This document shows, piece after piece, positions 62,488 through 64,000 of a stretch of 64,000 bases of DNA. How positions within the stretch are numbered: the first letter of the stretch is position 1; each line of letters begins with the position of its first letter. Below the pieces are notes generated by a model. It made no database searches. It had not been told where the DNA came from and was given only the letters and a program-made list of their open reading frames with translations. The translations under genes were made by a program, and so were the position numbers. Origin of the DNA: Squalus acanthias (Eukaryota); assembly GCA_030390025.1 (NCBI GenBank), contig CM059425.1, positions 171,680,001 to 171,744,000 on the forward strand, in the 5' to 3' direction.

Positions 62488-63599
62488 GTAAGTTACTGGA
62501 ATGGCAGTTTTTGAAATTTAGTTTGACATGATTTGGATTTGGCCCAAAATTCCCAAAGTAGTTTCAGGACTCTAATAATTCTAATCCTGCAGCATTGCTG
62601 AATTTCTTTTTATCTATACACTTCTCAAAGTCAAAGATGAGCATTATATCTACTATTACTTACTTTTGACATTGGATCATGGCTGATTCTAGTATTCATG
62701 CAATCCAAATGTACACTTTGTCAAAGTTGTACAACAAGTATCTACATGAATAGACATTGCTATCCTTACATAAACATTTGACGCAAAGGAAGATTTTGGA
62801 CGACGGTGAGATAACAGGGAAATGGATTAGCTTTGGATTGCTTTAGCAAAGAATCAGCACAGACATGGTTGGCTGAAGGAATTTAAAGGGGGAGACCAAA
62901 GGCACACGCAAAGACAGAAATTTTAAGAGCAATTCCAAGACATGGGGTAGCCAGGGGACATGGTTTGAATTTTTTTTCCAAAGGACAGGTGCATAATGGT
63001 TGAAATAACTATTGTTTGCAGGTTGATCTCTTGAAAATGTCTGGAAGTACTGTTTGTAATTAATCTGAGGAGTACTCTCCCTCAACTACAGTCAACAGAG
63101 CAGGAATTCGCTCTCAGTGGAATACAAGTTAAATCAGGAATCAGGAGAAGTCTTAAACACTCCTTGCCAACAATTAGTATGCAAGGGATTCCATTCCAAT
63201 TCCGCTTTATTTGGTTGCTAAATTGAATCAAACACAACAACTTACATTTATATAGCGCCTTTAATGTAGTAAAACGTCCCACGGCGCTTGGAATCCTGCT
63301 ACATTTAACAGATCAGGGTCCATAAAATAGGAGCTTAGAACAAACCGAGTAAATAATATAAACTTGCATTTAGTTAGTGCCTTGAACTAGAAAAAACATC
63401 ACAAAGAACTTCACGGAGATGGAAGGTGGGAAATGTTGATGTTGCCATTCTCAAAAGGAACACTGCCAGTTTCTCATGAAACAGTCCTTTGGTTAAGAAT
63501 TTGATCCAACAATGTAAAGATACTTTAGTAATTAGTGTTCATAGGCAGACATATGATTACATCAATTTAGCAGGATGGGAGGGGAACTCAGAATATAAT

Positions 63600-63747
63600 G
63601 GCCCAAAATTTGCTGTCAAAACAATAACGAGGCTAACAGCGCTTCCAGCAACTTGCAGGGCAAAATGTCATCGACATTAAACGGGCAAGAGCAAGTCCAA
63701 CTAATGGCGGGCGCCGTTCGTTGGCCTGCCACAGCAATTTTCGGGCC
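63600..63747. mobile_element. Short Harbinger-like MITE
   Basis: GGCCCAAAATTTGC / GCAATTTTCGGGCC termini, flanks AAT/ATT. Confidence 0.6.
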
Positions 63748-64000
63748 ATTGTTAATTAATGTTCTGTTGTTCGAAATGTTGATCACTTTAATTAATCTTT
63801 AGAGACAGGGGAAAAAAGTACTTTCACACATCTTACATGAGGTACAAGCCCCTCACCGCCTTCCAATAGGTATTGACTTCTGCTCGGGGTCAGTTCCACA
63901 GGTGATAGACACCCTTCAATACAACTTGCTGAAGTAACCATCCTTCATGTATGAGCCCAAACAGTGGATGTCACCAGACTATTTGGAGAGCATCACCACT

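Overview
Eukaryotic, almost certainly cartilaginous-fish (shark-like), intronic or intergenic DNA dominated by nested transposable elements. The taxon is inferred from a SacSINE1-type DeuSINE plus abundant CR1, L2 and Neptune-type Penelope elements. No confidently identifiable host protein-coding gene is present; there is one weak candidate first coding exon near 62.4 kb. The window holds many CR1 LINE fragments, L2 fragments, two copies of a second Jockey-group (RTEX-like) LINE, a young RTE LINE, Penelope-like elements, two solo LTRs, several PIF/Harbinger MITEs or deletion derivatives with Myb/SANT remnants, a Tigger-type MITE, a hAT-type MITE, tRNA-derived SINEs and minisatellites. Highlights: (1) a very young Penelope element with an uninterrupted RT + GIY-YIG frame between ~440-bp inverted pseudo-LTRs, each carrying a minimal hammerhead ribozyme, at the bottom of a four-level nest (SINE > Harbinger MITE > CR1 > Penelope); (2) hammerheads from a second Penelope family with different but still paired stems; (3) a 649-bp solo LTR whose predicted R region is four tandem hairpins with pairing-preserving changes (TAR-like); (4) an unusually long 1.6-kb solo LTR with a 4-bp TSD; (5) a SINE/LINE 3'-tail partnership; (6) a minisatellite that apparently grew out of a SINE. 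All family assignments come from motif recognition by eye, not database searches. Boundaries of old elements are approximate.
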